From the NCBI GenBank assembly GCA_043228905.1, contig JBHGNT010000009.1:14446001-14510000 (forward strand): a stretch of DNA of 64,000 nucleotides, in the 5' to 3' direction. This document shows, piece by piece, positions 12,600-24,740 of this stretch. Both the position numbers and the translations under genes were made by a program. Under the pieces are notes generated by a model, which did not search any database, was not told the DNA's origin, and saw only the letters and a list, made by a program, of their open reading frames with translations. The first letter of the stretch is position 1. Each line of letters opens with the position of its first letter. The stretch comes from Azolla caroliniana (Eukaryota > Plantae > Polypodiophyta).

Positions 12600-15500
12600 C
12601 AGTGTCCGATGTACCGCGGTGTGTAATGGTGTAGCCAAGTCAGCCAAGTGACGGAGCATCCGGCTGTGCCACCGGATCTGTCCTAAGAATCGGCTTAGTG
12701 CTTTGGCCGTTTTCGGCGCCGGTGCCCCTAGTATCGCGTTTACTTTGTCCGGGTCGACCGCAATGCCCTCCTTACTTACAATGTGTCCCAGTAAGATTCC
12801 ACTTGAAACTCCAAAGATGCATTTTGTTGGGTTTAAGCTTAGCCGGTATAACCTACACTTTTCAAGGCATAACCGTAGGTGCTGCAAATGGTCTTTTCCC
12901 CGGCTATAGACTGCAAAATCATCCAGGAAAACCTGCATGAAGGCAGGAATGTATTCGCCGAAGATCTCCATGATGATTCGCTGGAAAGTTGCTGGTGCCG
13001 TTTTTAGGCCGAACATCATTACTTCGGCCACAAACACCCCCCATTCGGTGACGAACGCTGTGTTCTGCTGGTCGTCGGGGTGCATCCGGATTTGATTGTA
13101 TCCGCTGAACCCGTCTAAAAAACTATAAACTTCATGGCCGGCGACGGCATCCAGTACTCCATCCGTGAACGGAAGAGGGAATGCATCCGTAATTGTGGCT
13201 GCATTTAATTTCCTGTAATCTACACACACGCGGATTTTACCGTTCTTCTTTGGGACAACGACGATGGGGCTCAGCCACGTCGCTTTCTTTACCGGCCGGA
13301 TGAAGCCCACTCTTAGGAGTTTGTCGATTTCCTCCTTCACTTTGGCGGCGTAGTTGGGGTTCATTCGGTAACGTCGTTGCGCCACTGGTTTCGCGTCCTT
13401 GCCTAAGTGGATCTGATGCTGATATAATTGAGGGTCCAGCCCTCGCATGTCCTCGTATGACCAGGCGAATACGTCGCGAAACTCCGTGAGAAGTTTGATC
13501 ATCGCCGCTTTATCTTCCGGCTTCATTTCTTTGGCGATGTGTACCGGCTTTGATTCGTCCTTGCTTCCGAGGTTCACTTCGTCGAGCTGGGATGTTTTTA
13601 CCCGTTGGGAAACGGCCATTTCCCGTTCCAATGCTTCCTGTGCTTGCCGTAATTCCCGAATTGAATCTTTGTCTGGTTCGGCTTCGGTGTCGTCCCGCTG
13701 CGGCAAGTATGGCGCTACGGCTTCAGCTACGTCAATCTCGAAGAGTGGTACGATCTTCGGGTGTTCCTCCAAGTACTGGGCTTCTTCGTCGTCTGCCAAC
13801 CCTTCAAGCATGTTCACGCATTCCGCATACAGCGGTGTGCATTCCTTACCGTTGCTTGTCCGTGGTTGTGTCGGTACCCGGACCTTGGCTTTTCCGCGCC
13901 GGAAGGTAATCATATTTTTCCGCCAATTTTGCTTGATGTGTGCTGTTTTCAACCATGGTCTGCCCAGCAACAGTGGGTACGCGCCTTGCGCCTGTAGCTG
14001 CAGCACTACAGCCGAGATGTGAAATGTGTGACCTCCTATGGTGACTTCCAATTTCCGTATTAAGCCCGTCGGCCGTACAGAGCTCGTATCCGTCATCCGT
14101 AGCCAGAACGGACATGGCTCCCATTCATGTATACCCAAGGCATCACACGTGCGGAGGCTTATTACGTTCACCCCGGAACCTCCATCGATTACTGTGCCGG
14201 GAAGTTCGTGCCCTTTGACAATAGCTGTAATCATCGGACTACTAGTGTACACCACCGTCGGTCCCTCCTCCGGATTCGAGAAGAGGACTGGTGCCGGTGG
14301 GGCTATACCGTCTGTCATGACCGTTTTTAGTCCTTCCGTAAATCGCGGCACGAGCTGCAAGAGTCTTCCTAATGGCAACGTGATCTGACATTCTTGCAGT
14401 GCTTGCCATGTCTCGTTTTCTGGGTGGCTACCGCCGGCACTCCCTATGGTATTCGCCTTTTGCCGTTCCGCGTCCGCGACGTTCCTTTCATTGGCTTCCT
14501 TCACCCATTTCGTCGCCTGTTTTCGTATGGCCTCTTGTGTTTCCCACTCTTTGGCCATGCCTTTCGACCGTGTGGTTACTTGCTGTATATCCGCCACTTC
14601 CGGAACCACCATATTAACTGCTGGTCGTTTCTCGTAGCTCTTTACCGGGCACTGGTTACTGTAGTGGCCTTCCTGCCTGCAGTAGTAGCAGTACTCTTTA
14701 CGGGTATTGCTGGTAGCCGGAGTCGGTCCCGTAGTGAGTGGTGCGTTCTGTGCCGGTTGGCTCCTTGGGGTTCCATGTTCCGGGTCCCTAGTGTGACCAC
14801 CTTTCTTGAAATTACGTTTCTTATTATTCTTATTTTTATTTCGGTAGTCCGGTCGTGGTGGATCGTAAAATCGGCCGTAGTCCTCCTGGTGCCTTCGGTA
14901 ACCAGGGGAATGGTCTCTGTCGTATTGCTCGTGTCGTCTGTTGGACTCCCGATAACGGTCCGATCGCTCATACCGGTCGTAGTTATCACGCCGATTCCCG
15001 TACCGGCGATCATTCTCTTGTCTATCTCCGTGCCGGACATCCTGTGCCGGTTGGTACCGGTTCATTCTTTGCCAACGATCGTCATCTTCGTCTCGGCTGC
15101 TTCTTGGCTCGATCCGTCAGACGGGTGGTGCTTGTCGGTTTAGCAGGTTATACTCGCACCGGTCCATTGTATGACTCTTGGATTGACAAATCACACACTA
15201 GGTTCGCATGGTGCACTCCACTGCCGAGTGTCCGGCATTCAAGCAGATTGTGCATTGAATTGCCTGTCGGAACCGGAGATCTTCCTCGGTGGGTAACGCC
15301 CGTTGCAGTGTTCCCAGTGTAAGCCATGAGCTTGACTTTTCCATTTCTCTGACCCGGTCAATGACCTGGTCAATGGTGCTTCCTCGAAAGTCGATTACCG
15401 TACACACCGTACGTAACGGTTCCCGGAGTGCGTTTAAAAATATCGTCCGTAATTCCTCCTCCGGGGGTGCACGGGCAAGCTGGCTATGCATTCGTTGGAA

Positions 15501-16454
15501 ACGGATGACGAATTGGGGAATGCTTTCCCCTGCCTCCTGTCGGATCGTATAAAACAGGCCCACCATTGTCGTCTGGTCGACCTCCTTGTGGAAAAAATGC
15601 AAGAATTTTGCTTTTAATTCTGCAAAGGTTGTGATGGTCGCCGGGTCCTGCGTCCGCCGCCATCGTGTCGCTGGTCCTTCCAACGTGACCCCGAATTCCG
15701 CTATCTTCGAGCGTTCTTCTTCCTCCGGTGTCATTCGCTGGGACGTGTGATTTGCTTCCCATGTCTGCTCGAAGGCATGAACATGCGCTTCCGCGTCCGG
15801 GTCATCGCGATACTTTGAGTATTGGAACGGCATGTCGTCGTCCAGTATTAGGCCGCGGTTTAGTGGCGTTTGTTGATATCTTTCCGGTTTTCTCTCCGGT
15901 TCCACTTCCGGTTCTTTTGCCGGTGCTTTTTCCGGTTCCTCTTCCGGTTCTTTTTCCGGTTCTTTCACCGGCTCGTCTTCCGGTACCTTTGCCGGCTCTT
16001 TCGTTGGTGTCGGTGGCTTTGCTTCTTCCACTTCCGGTGTTGATGGGTTGACGGCTTCCGTTTGCGGTTCCGGTTCTGGAGTCGGCACGGTATCCGACCC
16101 GTCGTCCTCCGGGCCGCCGGGGGTATCGTTGCTGCTCCGGTAGTTCGTGTGCACGCTGTATCCCCCTTCGGAATCCGATTCGTAGGCTAAAAAGGCTTCT
16201 GCATCGTTTTCTCCGCTTGCCAGCGCCTCGAGGAGGCGTTCGGTTTCCCGGAGACTACTTAGACTGCTTCCGTCGTCCTGGTCGCGAGTTTGCCGTAACC
16301 GAAGAGATTCCTCCGCGACTCTCCGGATCTCGTTGGAGAACGAACGATCCGAGCGAATTTCGTGCGCTGCTTGCTGGAAAGTCTCACGCCGTCTTTGCCG
16401 TTCGGCGAGGCGTCGAGCTCGGTCTGTAACCAGGTCGTGCGTTGGTCTCGTCAT
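12600..16454 (-). pseudogene. gag-pol of element D (Gag, three zinc knuckles, protease, RT; two in-frame stops; 3' truncated)
   Basis: ORFs 15198-16454 and 12558-15065 are in one frame. Motifs: CTICLNAGHSAVEC, CVICQSKSHTMDRC, CYYCRQEGHYSNQC; VIDGGSGVN; LLGRPWL; WLSPIVVVPKKNGKIRVCVDYRKLN; SFLDGFSGYNQI; VFLDDF. Confidence 0.9.
15880..16085 (-). repeat. 12-bp-unit coding repeats (KEPE/EEPE) in the Gag N-terminus of element D
   Basis: PTKEPAKVPEDEPVKEPEKEPEEEPEKAPAKEPEVEPERKPER; CCGG recurs every 12 nt. Confidence 0.8.
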
Positions 16455-17698
16455 CCATTAAGCCGTCGTTCGCTGCGAGAAAGCAGGAATCGTGGTCGCC
16501 AAAACTGTGTTATTCGCTAGCCGGACAAGGCCTAACACAAGGTGTCACGGAGACACTTCACCAAAGGGTGATTACAGCATAGGATTAAGATTCAACGATT
16601 ACACCGACTTACGTAGGTTACACGATTAGAGTGCTTTGGTTAATTACACGCGTAAGATATAACAGTAAGTACAGAACGGAAATCAACACAGAAGTATAAA
16701 CACCATATGCTCTATTAATTATCCGCTCCGATTACAATGGGGTCTGGGCCTTTAAATAGGTTTCCGGCCCGTAGTACAAAACGGTGCCTATCGCACCTAT
16801 TCGGGATCCGTCCGGATCTGGAACGGCATACCGTTTCCAGTCCGTCCGTCCACACTAGGCTTATTTACAACCATACTTAATTAATTCCTTCACTCCGTAT
16901 TTTGGACTCCTTGCCGGCCGGTAACAGAGGGCGTGAGTCGGGTCGGCATGTGTGTGTGTGTGCGTGTGTGTGCGTGAGTCGGTGTTAAGCGCGCGCTCCC
17001 TCCCTCTCTCTCTCTCTCTCTCTCTCCCTTCGGTCGCTTCCTGTGTTCTTCTGGGATCCCTGGAAACGGTGAAGCACGACTTCCTACGCTCCGTCACTCC
17101 CTAGTCCAAGACCCCCGTGGTCCCGCCTTTCTCCACGCACTCGCGTAATAACGCGACATATTTGGTGAACCCGACGTGAAAGGCGGCAAGGGAGGATGGA
17201 GTCGGAAGACGACGACCTTGCGGAGATGGTGGCCGAAGTGGTGTTGGAGTCGGCACGAGTGGTGATGAGGCGAGAAGTGTTGGGATTCGTCCATTTTCTG
17301 TGTCGATTTCGCTCTGATACCACTTGTTGGGAACTCGACGTTCCTTATGTCCGACGCTCGGCCACAACCGAGATTGTGGAAAACCCCAAAAATAGAGGGA
17401 AAAACCACGGCAGCCCACAAGCTGCAAACTGTCACTATGCAGAAATATACAACAGTGAGATCACTGAGGCAACGACCTCGTGCTCACAGATCTTCGCCAC
17501 AGGCGGCGGTTACAACAGAGGCAACGACCTCGTCTCTCTCTCTCCCTCTCTCTCTCTCTGTTCAGTTACGCGCTCTGATTTCTTCTTGCGCCAACAAGGA
17601 AGAATAATAATCACACACACACACAAAAGTTTGCCCTAAGTCATATTTATACTAATATGACTTTTCGGCTATTTACAAATGTAGCCTTGATGGGCTTC

Positions 17699-17820
17699 AT
17701 CCGGCTTCCCGCAGTCGGGCCTACACCATCCGACTCTCCGCAGTCGGGTACTCCTCATCCGACTTCCTGCAGTCGGGCCTACACCATCCGACTCTCCGCA
17801 GTCGGGTACTCCTCATCCGG
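17699..17820. repeat. 4 x 29-bp hairpin repeats in the U3 of the Copia G LTR (also ~22374-22495)
   Basis: Units ATCCGACT-N7-AGTCGGG-N8 alternate in an A/B pattern; each has a CCGACT/AGTCGG stem. Confidence 0.85.
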
Positions 17821-17892
17821 TTCATATGGTTCGTCGGCACTGTTCTTCTCCCTTCCCATCCGGAGGGACCTGTCTACCAACAAACTCCCCTT

Positions 17893-20800
17893 TCACTCCG
17901 GCATGGGGTGTCCTTCCAGCCCGATCCTCTTCCGGCATGCGTCTAGCTTGTCGGGTGTCAGCACTTTGGTCAGCATATCCGACCCGTTCTCGGCCGTGTG
18001 GATCTTCGCCAATGCGAACTCCTGGTCATCTATCCTTTCCCGGATCCAGTGATACCTCCGCTGGATATGCTTTGTCCGGGAATGGTAGGCCGCATTCTTA
18101 GCAAGGTGGATGGCACTTTGACTGTCGCAGTAGAGTCGGTATTCCTCTTGCCGGATACCGAGCTCCCCGATGAAGTCCTTCATCCATAGTATTTCCTTGC
18201 TGGCTTCCACAGCCGCCATGTACTCCGCCTCTGTGGTTGACAATGCAACCGTCTTCTGCAGCCTCGACTGCCACGAGACAGCTCCCCCTGCATATGTCAT
18301 CACATACCCGGATGTAGACCGGCTGGTATCCACATCAGCCGACATGTCTGAATCGGTGAAACCGTCCAATTGAGGTTTTCCGGTGCCGAATCGGAGACAC
18401 ATATTTGAAGTGCCCTTCAAATACCGGAGTATCCACTTGACCGCGTTCCAATGCTCCTTGCCGGGATTACTCATGAACCGGCTCACCACTCCGACTGCGT
18501 ATCCAATGTCCGGTCGGGTACAAACCATTGCGTACATCAAGCTCCCGACGGCAGAGGCATATGGAATCTTCATCATATCTGCCTTCTCTCCTTTTGTCTT
18601 CGGGCTTTGCTTGCCGGACAACTTGCAGTTTGCCGGAAGTGTCGATCCGACCGGTTTTGCATCTGACAAGTTGAACCGGTGAAGCACCTTTGTCACATAC
18701 TTCTCCTATGACAGCCATAGTTGCTTCACTGACCGGTCCCGAATGATGTGCATCCCCAACATCTGTCTTGCCGGACCCAAGTCCTTCATTGAGAAGGTCC
18801 GGTTGAGAGCCTTCTTCAGCATCCGTATTTTTCCTTGGTCTCGTCCGACGATCAACATGTCATCCACGTACAGGAGGAGTATCAGGAAGTCCCCTCCTTC
18901 GAACTTCTTCACAAACACGCAGTGATCGGCTTGCGTCTTGTGGTACCCTTGATCGGTCATGAAGGAGTCGAACTTCCGATACCATTGCCGGGGAGCCTGC
19001 TTCAGTCCGTACAGGCTCTTCTTCAACCGGCATACCAGGTGCTCCTTCCCTTTCTCCACAAATCCTTCCGGTTGCTGCATGTAGATTTCCTCTTCGAGGT
19101 CGCCGTGGAGGAATGTTGTCTTCACGTCCAGCTGCTCTACCTCGAGATCCATGCTTGCTGCTATACTCAGCATTGTCCGGATGGAGGTCATCTTTACTAC
19201 CGGGGCGAATATTTCGTCGAAGTCCACGCCCTTCTTCTGCTGGAACCCCTTCACCACGATCCTGGCTTTGTATCTCGGGGGGTTGCCGGCATCTCCCGGT
19301 TTCAACTTGAATACCCACTTGTTTCGAAGTGCCCGCTTTCCTTTCGGCAGCTCCACCAATTCATACGTATGGTTCTCATGCAGGGAATCCATCTCATCCT
19401 GCATGGCACTTAACCATTTTCGGCTGTGGGTGTCAACCTTCGCTTCTTCGAAGCTTTCCGGCTCCCCCTCATCGGTCAGCAGGACATGCTCTGCATCCGG
19501 AAATCTCCGGGGCGCCCTTCTCTCTCTGAGAGGATATCTACGTCTTCGGGCTTCGGTAATCGGTTCCTCCATTTGCTCTTCATCCGAATCCGATTCGGGG
19601 TCTTGACCGGTTCCGGTCTCAGCTTCCTCTACTTCTTCTTCTGCCGGTTCGGTATCCTCACCGTAACCGGCTGGTTCCTCGAGTGCTAACCGGTCTCTTG
19701 CCGGTTGGGTCTGCTCATTGTAGAGTCTATCCTTACCGGCCGACTCGGAATTCACTATCTTCTTCTCCGACTCCCAGTCGGCGAGCGTCTTGTCCTCCAT
19801 GAAGATAATATCTCGACTCCGGAGTATCTTCTTGTCGACCGTGTCCCACACTCGGTAGCCGAACTCGTCGTCACCGTAACCGAGGAATATGCATGGCCGG
19901 GTCTTTGGATCTAGCTTTCCTCTCCGGTCCTTTGCTACATGCACGTACGCGAGACACCCGAACACCCTTAGATGCCGGTAGGACACTTCCTTACCGGTCC
20001 ATACTCTCTGTGGCGTGTCTCCATCCAAGGGTACTGAGGGTGATCTGTTTATCACATATGTCGCCGTCGACAGTGCCTCAGCCCAAAACTTCTTGGGTAG
20101 TTTTGCATGCGCTAGCATACTCCGGACCCTCTCCATTATGGTCCGGTTCATCCTCTCGGCCAGTCCGTTTAGTTCCGGCGTCTTCGGCACGGTAAATTCG
20201 AGCCGGATTCCCTTCGAGCGGCAGTACTCCTCGAACTGCCCCCGGTACTCACCTCCGTTATCTGCTCGGACCGCCTTCAGCTTCCGGCCGGTTTCTCTTT
20301 CCACTCTCGCGTGGAGCTCTTTGAAGACGGATAACACCTGATCCTTTGTCTTCAGCGGTGTGGCCCACAGCTTCCGACTGTGGTCATCTATGAACGTCAC
20401 GAAGTACTGCGCTTCGGCATGTGACTTCGTGTCTACTTGACAAACATCCGTATGCACCAACTCCAGTGGTGCATTACGTCTCATCGGTGGCCTTGGTCGG
20501 AAGGAGGTCCGGTTCTGCTTACCGGCCAGACAATCAGTGCACTTCTCTAAATGCACGTTCTTCACTGGGATGAGGTTGTCGTCTGCAAGCCTCTTCATCC
20601 CCTTCTCACTCATGTGACATAGCCTCTTGTGCCACAGCTCACCGGCAGTGTCGGAAGCCACGTTCACTTCTTCCGGACATAACCGGGCATTCATCAGGTA
20701 CAGTGTGTTTACCTTCCGGGCCCGAGCCACAATCAGGCTCCCTTTGCTGAACTTCATGACACCGTTCCGGATGCTACCCGTGTAGCCTTCATCATCTAGC

Positions 20801-21969
20801 CGACCGGCTGATATCAGGTTCAGACGAACTTCCGGAACGTGTCGGACATCTTTCAACAACAACTTGCATCCGGTTGGTGTTGTCAGCCACACGTCTCCTA
20901 TGCCGACAATTCGGCATGTTCTTTCATTCCCCATCTGGACACAGCCGTGATCACCGGCTGAGTAGGATGAGAAGCATTTCCGGTCCGGGGTAAGGTGGAA
21001 CGACGCTCCGGAATCTACCACCCAGGTCATCTCATCGCCGGCATGGTTTATCTCACTCTCCTCGGTGATGAGCATCAACTCCTCTTCACTTGCCGCAATT
21101 GCCGTCGTTCCCTTCCGGTCCGGCCCCCTCCGGTCTTTACCGTTCCGGTCTGTATCGTTCCGGTTCGTACCGTTCCGGTTCGGGGTTTGCTTCGAATCGG
21201 TACCATCGGTTTCCTTGTCTTTACGGAAATGCCGACAGTTCTTTTGGAAGTGTCCCGGCTTGCCGCAATAGAAGCAAGTAGGCCTCCCCCTTGACTTTGA
21301 TCGTGTCCCCGACTTCTCCCGGTTCTGGGGACTACGGTTTCTATGTCTTCCGCGTTCCGATTCGGTAAGGAGCGCTTTGGAGTCGGAGCTCGTATCTTTG
21401 TCTTTCCGATGAGCCTCCTCATCTAGCAAGCTCGATTTTACTCTTGCTAGGGATAGCCGTTTTCCTTCCGGCCCAGCGTTGCCCAAAGTAACAACTAACG
21501 TCTCCCAGCTATCCGGGAGGGAACCGAGCAGGAGTAGCGCTAGGACCTCATCGGCAAGAGGTACTTCCAATGACGTTGCCTGGTGAATCAGCCCCTGGAA
21601 GGCATTCATATGCTCCGCCATGCTGTGGCCATCTTGGTACCGGAGTCTTACAAGCTTCCGGAATACCGACGCCTGATTGACAGCATTTTTGTTCTGGAAC
21701 ATTGTGCCGATCTTCTCCCAGAGCTCATGAGCCTTACTCTCTTCATTGAAGTTGTTGTACAGGCTCATGTCGATGAAGCACCGAATGTACGCCGTTGTCT
21801 TCATGTGCATCACCTCCCATATCGCGGCGTCAATTTTGTCCGGTCTCTTGTCCCCGAACTGAACCGGCAGCCAGAGATCTTTTACCACGAGCATGTCCCT
21901 CATCTTCGACTTCCACACTGAATAGTTGGAGCCGGTGAGCTTGAACATGCCGCCAAACGATTCGTCCAT
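17893..21969 (-). pseudogene. Copia G gag-pol polyprotein with a single premature stop (TAG at 18706-18708, likely from CAG)
   Basis: MDESFGG start; CFYCGKPGHFQKNC; WVVDSGASFH; HTDVC..FIDDHSR..RADNGGEY; LLLYVDDMLIV; LWLS*EKYVTKVL; RNaseH FTDSDM..AEYMA..CDSQSAIHL. Confidence 0.93.
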
Positions 21970-24367
21970 TTTCTGTGTCGATTTCGCTCTGATACCACTT
22001 GTTGGGAACTCGACGTTCCTTATGTCCGACGCTCGGCCACAACCGAGATTGTGGAAAACCCCAAAAATAGGGGGAAAAACCACGGCAGCCCACAAGCTGC
22101 AAACTGTCACTATGCAGAAATATACAACAGTGAGATCACTGAGGCAACGACCTCGTGCTCACAGATCTTCGCCACAGGCGGCGGTTACAACAGAGGCAAC
22201 GACCTCGTCTCTCTCTCTCCCTCTCTCTCTCTCTGTACAGTTACGCGCTCTGATTTCTTCTTGCGCCAACAAGGAAGAATAATAATCACACACACACACA
22301 AAAGTTTGCCCTAAGTCATATTTATACTAATATGACTTTTCGGCTATTTACAAATGTAGCCTTGATGGGCTTCATCCGGCTTCCCGCAGTCGGGCCTACA
22401 CCATCCGACTCTCCGCAGTCGGGTACTCCTCATCCGACTTCCTGCAGTCGGGCCTACACCATCCGACTCTCCGCAGTCGGGTACTCCTCATCCGGTTCAT
22501 ACCGTTTCGGCCTCGGCCTTTCGGCCTCGGCTGAGTTGGTTCGTCGGCACTGTTCTTCTCCCTTCCCATCCGGAGGGACCTGTCTACCAACAAGAAGCAG
22601 CGCAACAAGCGGTTGAGCGAGTAGTCGAAAGAGTCAGCCGTTTCAACGGGGACAAAGTCCCATCTTACTTGGAAGCCTACAAGGCGGAAATGGAGGAGCG
22701 TGGCATAGACGAGGCGTTAAGGCTGGAGTTCTTCTGTCGGGTCATGGTTGTCCGGATGCATGCGGAAATAAAGGAGCTCCGTGAGGCTCATAGTTCGTGG
22801 GAGCCCTTCAAAGAGGCGCTCCTGAAGGCATACGAAGGACGGCGGAAGAGCCGGGGACGGCACGACTTTGACCTGTGGGTCGCATCGGCAAAGACCCACC
22901 GGGGCGCAGCCAAGGCGTTTCGAGAGTTCGAGCGGCGGCTTGCTCGGCTCTCGGAGCAGGAACAAGGTTTGGTGGGGGCGGACAAGGTCCTATTTTTCGT
23001 CAGGTCGATCGACCGAGCGGAACGGGAGGCCATCGGGATTGAGCTCGAAGATGATGATGGAGCGAATGGGCTTACGGAGGACTGGTCGAAGGTCGGAAGG
23101 GTGTGCCAACGGCTAGACAACGAGCGAGCCGAGAAGGCTAAGAGGAAAGTACGCGACGGCGTGCCATCACAGCGGGAAGAGGCCGAACGGCAAAGAGAGT
23201 CGGCAAGGGTAGGCGTTGGGGCCAGGATTGCGGAGGCGTACGCAGCTCTCGAGGCGATGCTCGACGAAGAGGAAAGACAGTGGCCGCAAGCCGAGACTGA
23301 GGAGACGGACTTGCCCCACGCGACGGCGGAAGATCGGTACCACGGTACCACGGGAGAGGGTGCGGAACGAAACGCCCTCTCGACTTGCGGAGATAGAACG
23401 GCCAAGGACGAGGCCGAGATACTGATCGCGGAACCGGAACGTTGGGACCAGCGATTTCGGGCGTGTCAGGCCGAGATCCCGGTCATTGGAGAAGCAAGCC
23501 CAGACGGGGCTTGCGCGATCGGTAAGAAGACGACCACCGACCACGAAGAGTCAGTGGCTACGGACAAGGGCGTAAAACGGACGGGCGATTCTTTGTGTCT
23601 TCCCACACTTGCTCCCGAGACGATGGCAGTCGGGCCCGAGTGCCCACATGAGTCCCAAGCGGAGGAAGGCAGCGGCGAAAGGCCAAGAATCACTGACGAG
23701 ACGATACGAGGAAGGAATGGACGAAAGCCCACGGACCCGATTCCAGAGAACTCGGCATTCGGGCCCGTATGCCCATGTAAGACCGAGGAGATGGATGGCG
23801 GTACCGAGGAGTCCTGGCACGATGCCAGTGAAGATGGATGGGTAACGGCCTGTGAGGAGGCCGAGGACGGACGCGGCACGAGGAGATCGGCATTCCGATA
23901 TGGGTGGAGCGTGATCCGGTCGTGGATCGTTCGATCGGGGCCGGATTTGGCATGAAAGTGCCGATACAGAAGGGGGTGTGGGACGAGCCACCCTCTTTTA
24001 CATGGGGAGAAAGACCGACCGGGCGAAGGTCGAGAGTTGGAAGGAGAATGAAAGCCGGTCCTATGGAGTTCCTTACACCGATCCGGCTGCCGGCCCGAGT
24101 GTCGGCGTGAGTCCTATAAGAGAGACCGGTGGCGACAGGAGAACGGGACTCGGCAATCCGGAGAAAGACGAACGGACCCGGACGAGAACCGGGCGAAGCG
24201 GACTCCCGGATGACCATTCCGGGAGGGAGGAAGAGAGCAGGCCTACGAAGAGGCCGAGGACACGGTACGTCGGTACCACGGGAGAGGGTGCGGAGTAAAC
24301 CGCCCTCTCGGCATGCGGAAAAAGGAAGACCCGGGACAGGGTCGGGAAGACAAATCGGACGCCCAAG

Positions 24368-24740
24368 GAGGATCCTTCACAACGATTCTAGAGACTTTGG
24401 CAGTCGGCAACGCGGTCGACGTAAGACCAAGATACTGACGGTGGCGGCGAGGGGACGAAGGCAAGGGCTACGGATGGGCGGTCTACGGAGGATCCTTCAC
24501 ACCGGTTCTAGAGACTTCAGCAGTCGGCAACGCGGTCGACGTAAGACCAAGATGCTGACAGTGGCGGCGAGGTGACGAAGGCAAGGGCTACGGATGGGCG
24601 GTCTACGGAGGATCCTTCACACCGGTTCTAGAGACTTCGGCAGTCGACAACGCGGTCGACGTAAGACCAAGATACTGACGGTGGCGGCAAGGTGACGAAG
24701 GCAAGGGCTACGGATGGGTGGTCTACGAAGATCCTCACAC
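24368..24740 (+). repeat. 120-bp tandem repeat x3 inside element C (about x2 in F at ~8640-8860)
   Basis: GTAAGACCAAGATACTGACGG-type string recurs at 24421, 24541 and 24661. Confidence 0.9.

Larger units (their letters stand above)
4830..12600 (+). pseudogene. Chromovirus-type Ty3/Gypsy RT-RNaseH fragment, split by a 7.1-kb insertion (pieces ~4830-5272 and 12407-~12600)
   Basis: [36 protein letters not shown] then KSTKHFVW..PDPSKPFQVEIDASDYAIGVILYQDGKPIAFES. Removing 5273-12406 rejoins the frame as LLKGQTRKSTKHFVW. Confidence 0.88.
12600..16926 (-). mobile_element. Athila/Tat-like (non-chromovirus) Ty3/Gypsy element D, 5' half, inserted into the 5' LTR of element C
   Basis: 5' LTR 16506-16926 (TGTTACC..AACACA), PBS TGGCGACCAC (tRNA-Arg-like) ~16493-16502, gag-pol ORF, truncated after RT at ~12600. 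The C LTR resumes at 16927. Confidence 0.88.
17278..22592 (-). mobile_element. Nearly intact Tnt1/Tork-like Ty1/Copia element G
   Basis: LTRs 22000-22592 and 17325-17882 (TGTTGG..CCAACA), iMet PBS 21986-21997, PPT GGAGTGAAAGGGGGAG at ~17885-17900, TSD AGAAG (17273-17277 and 22593-22597; single copy at the empty site in F). Confidence 0.96.
17196..23955 (+). pseudogene. Gag-like ORF of element C, open for 479 aa once Copia G and one TSD copy are removed
   Basis: MESEDDDLAEMVAEVVLESARVVMRRE joins in frame to AAQQAVERVVERVSRFNGDKVPSYLEAY.. and to ORF 22669-23955. Confidence 0.82.

Noticed and set aside
18706-18708. Programmed stop-codon readthrough in Copia G
   Set aside because: The stop lies mid-RT at a conserved Gln position (LSQEKY), consistent with a C>T mutation.
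21970-22110. N-terminal extension of the 1134-aa ORF
   Set aside because: It runs through the LTR and PBS; the plausible start is ATG GAC GAA at 21969.
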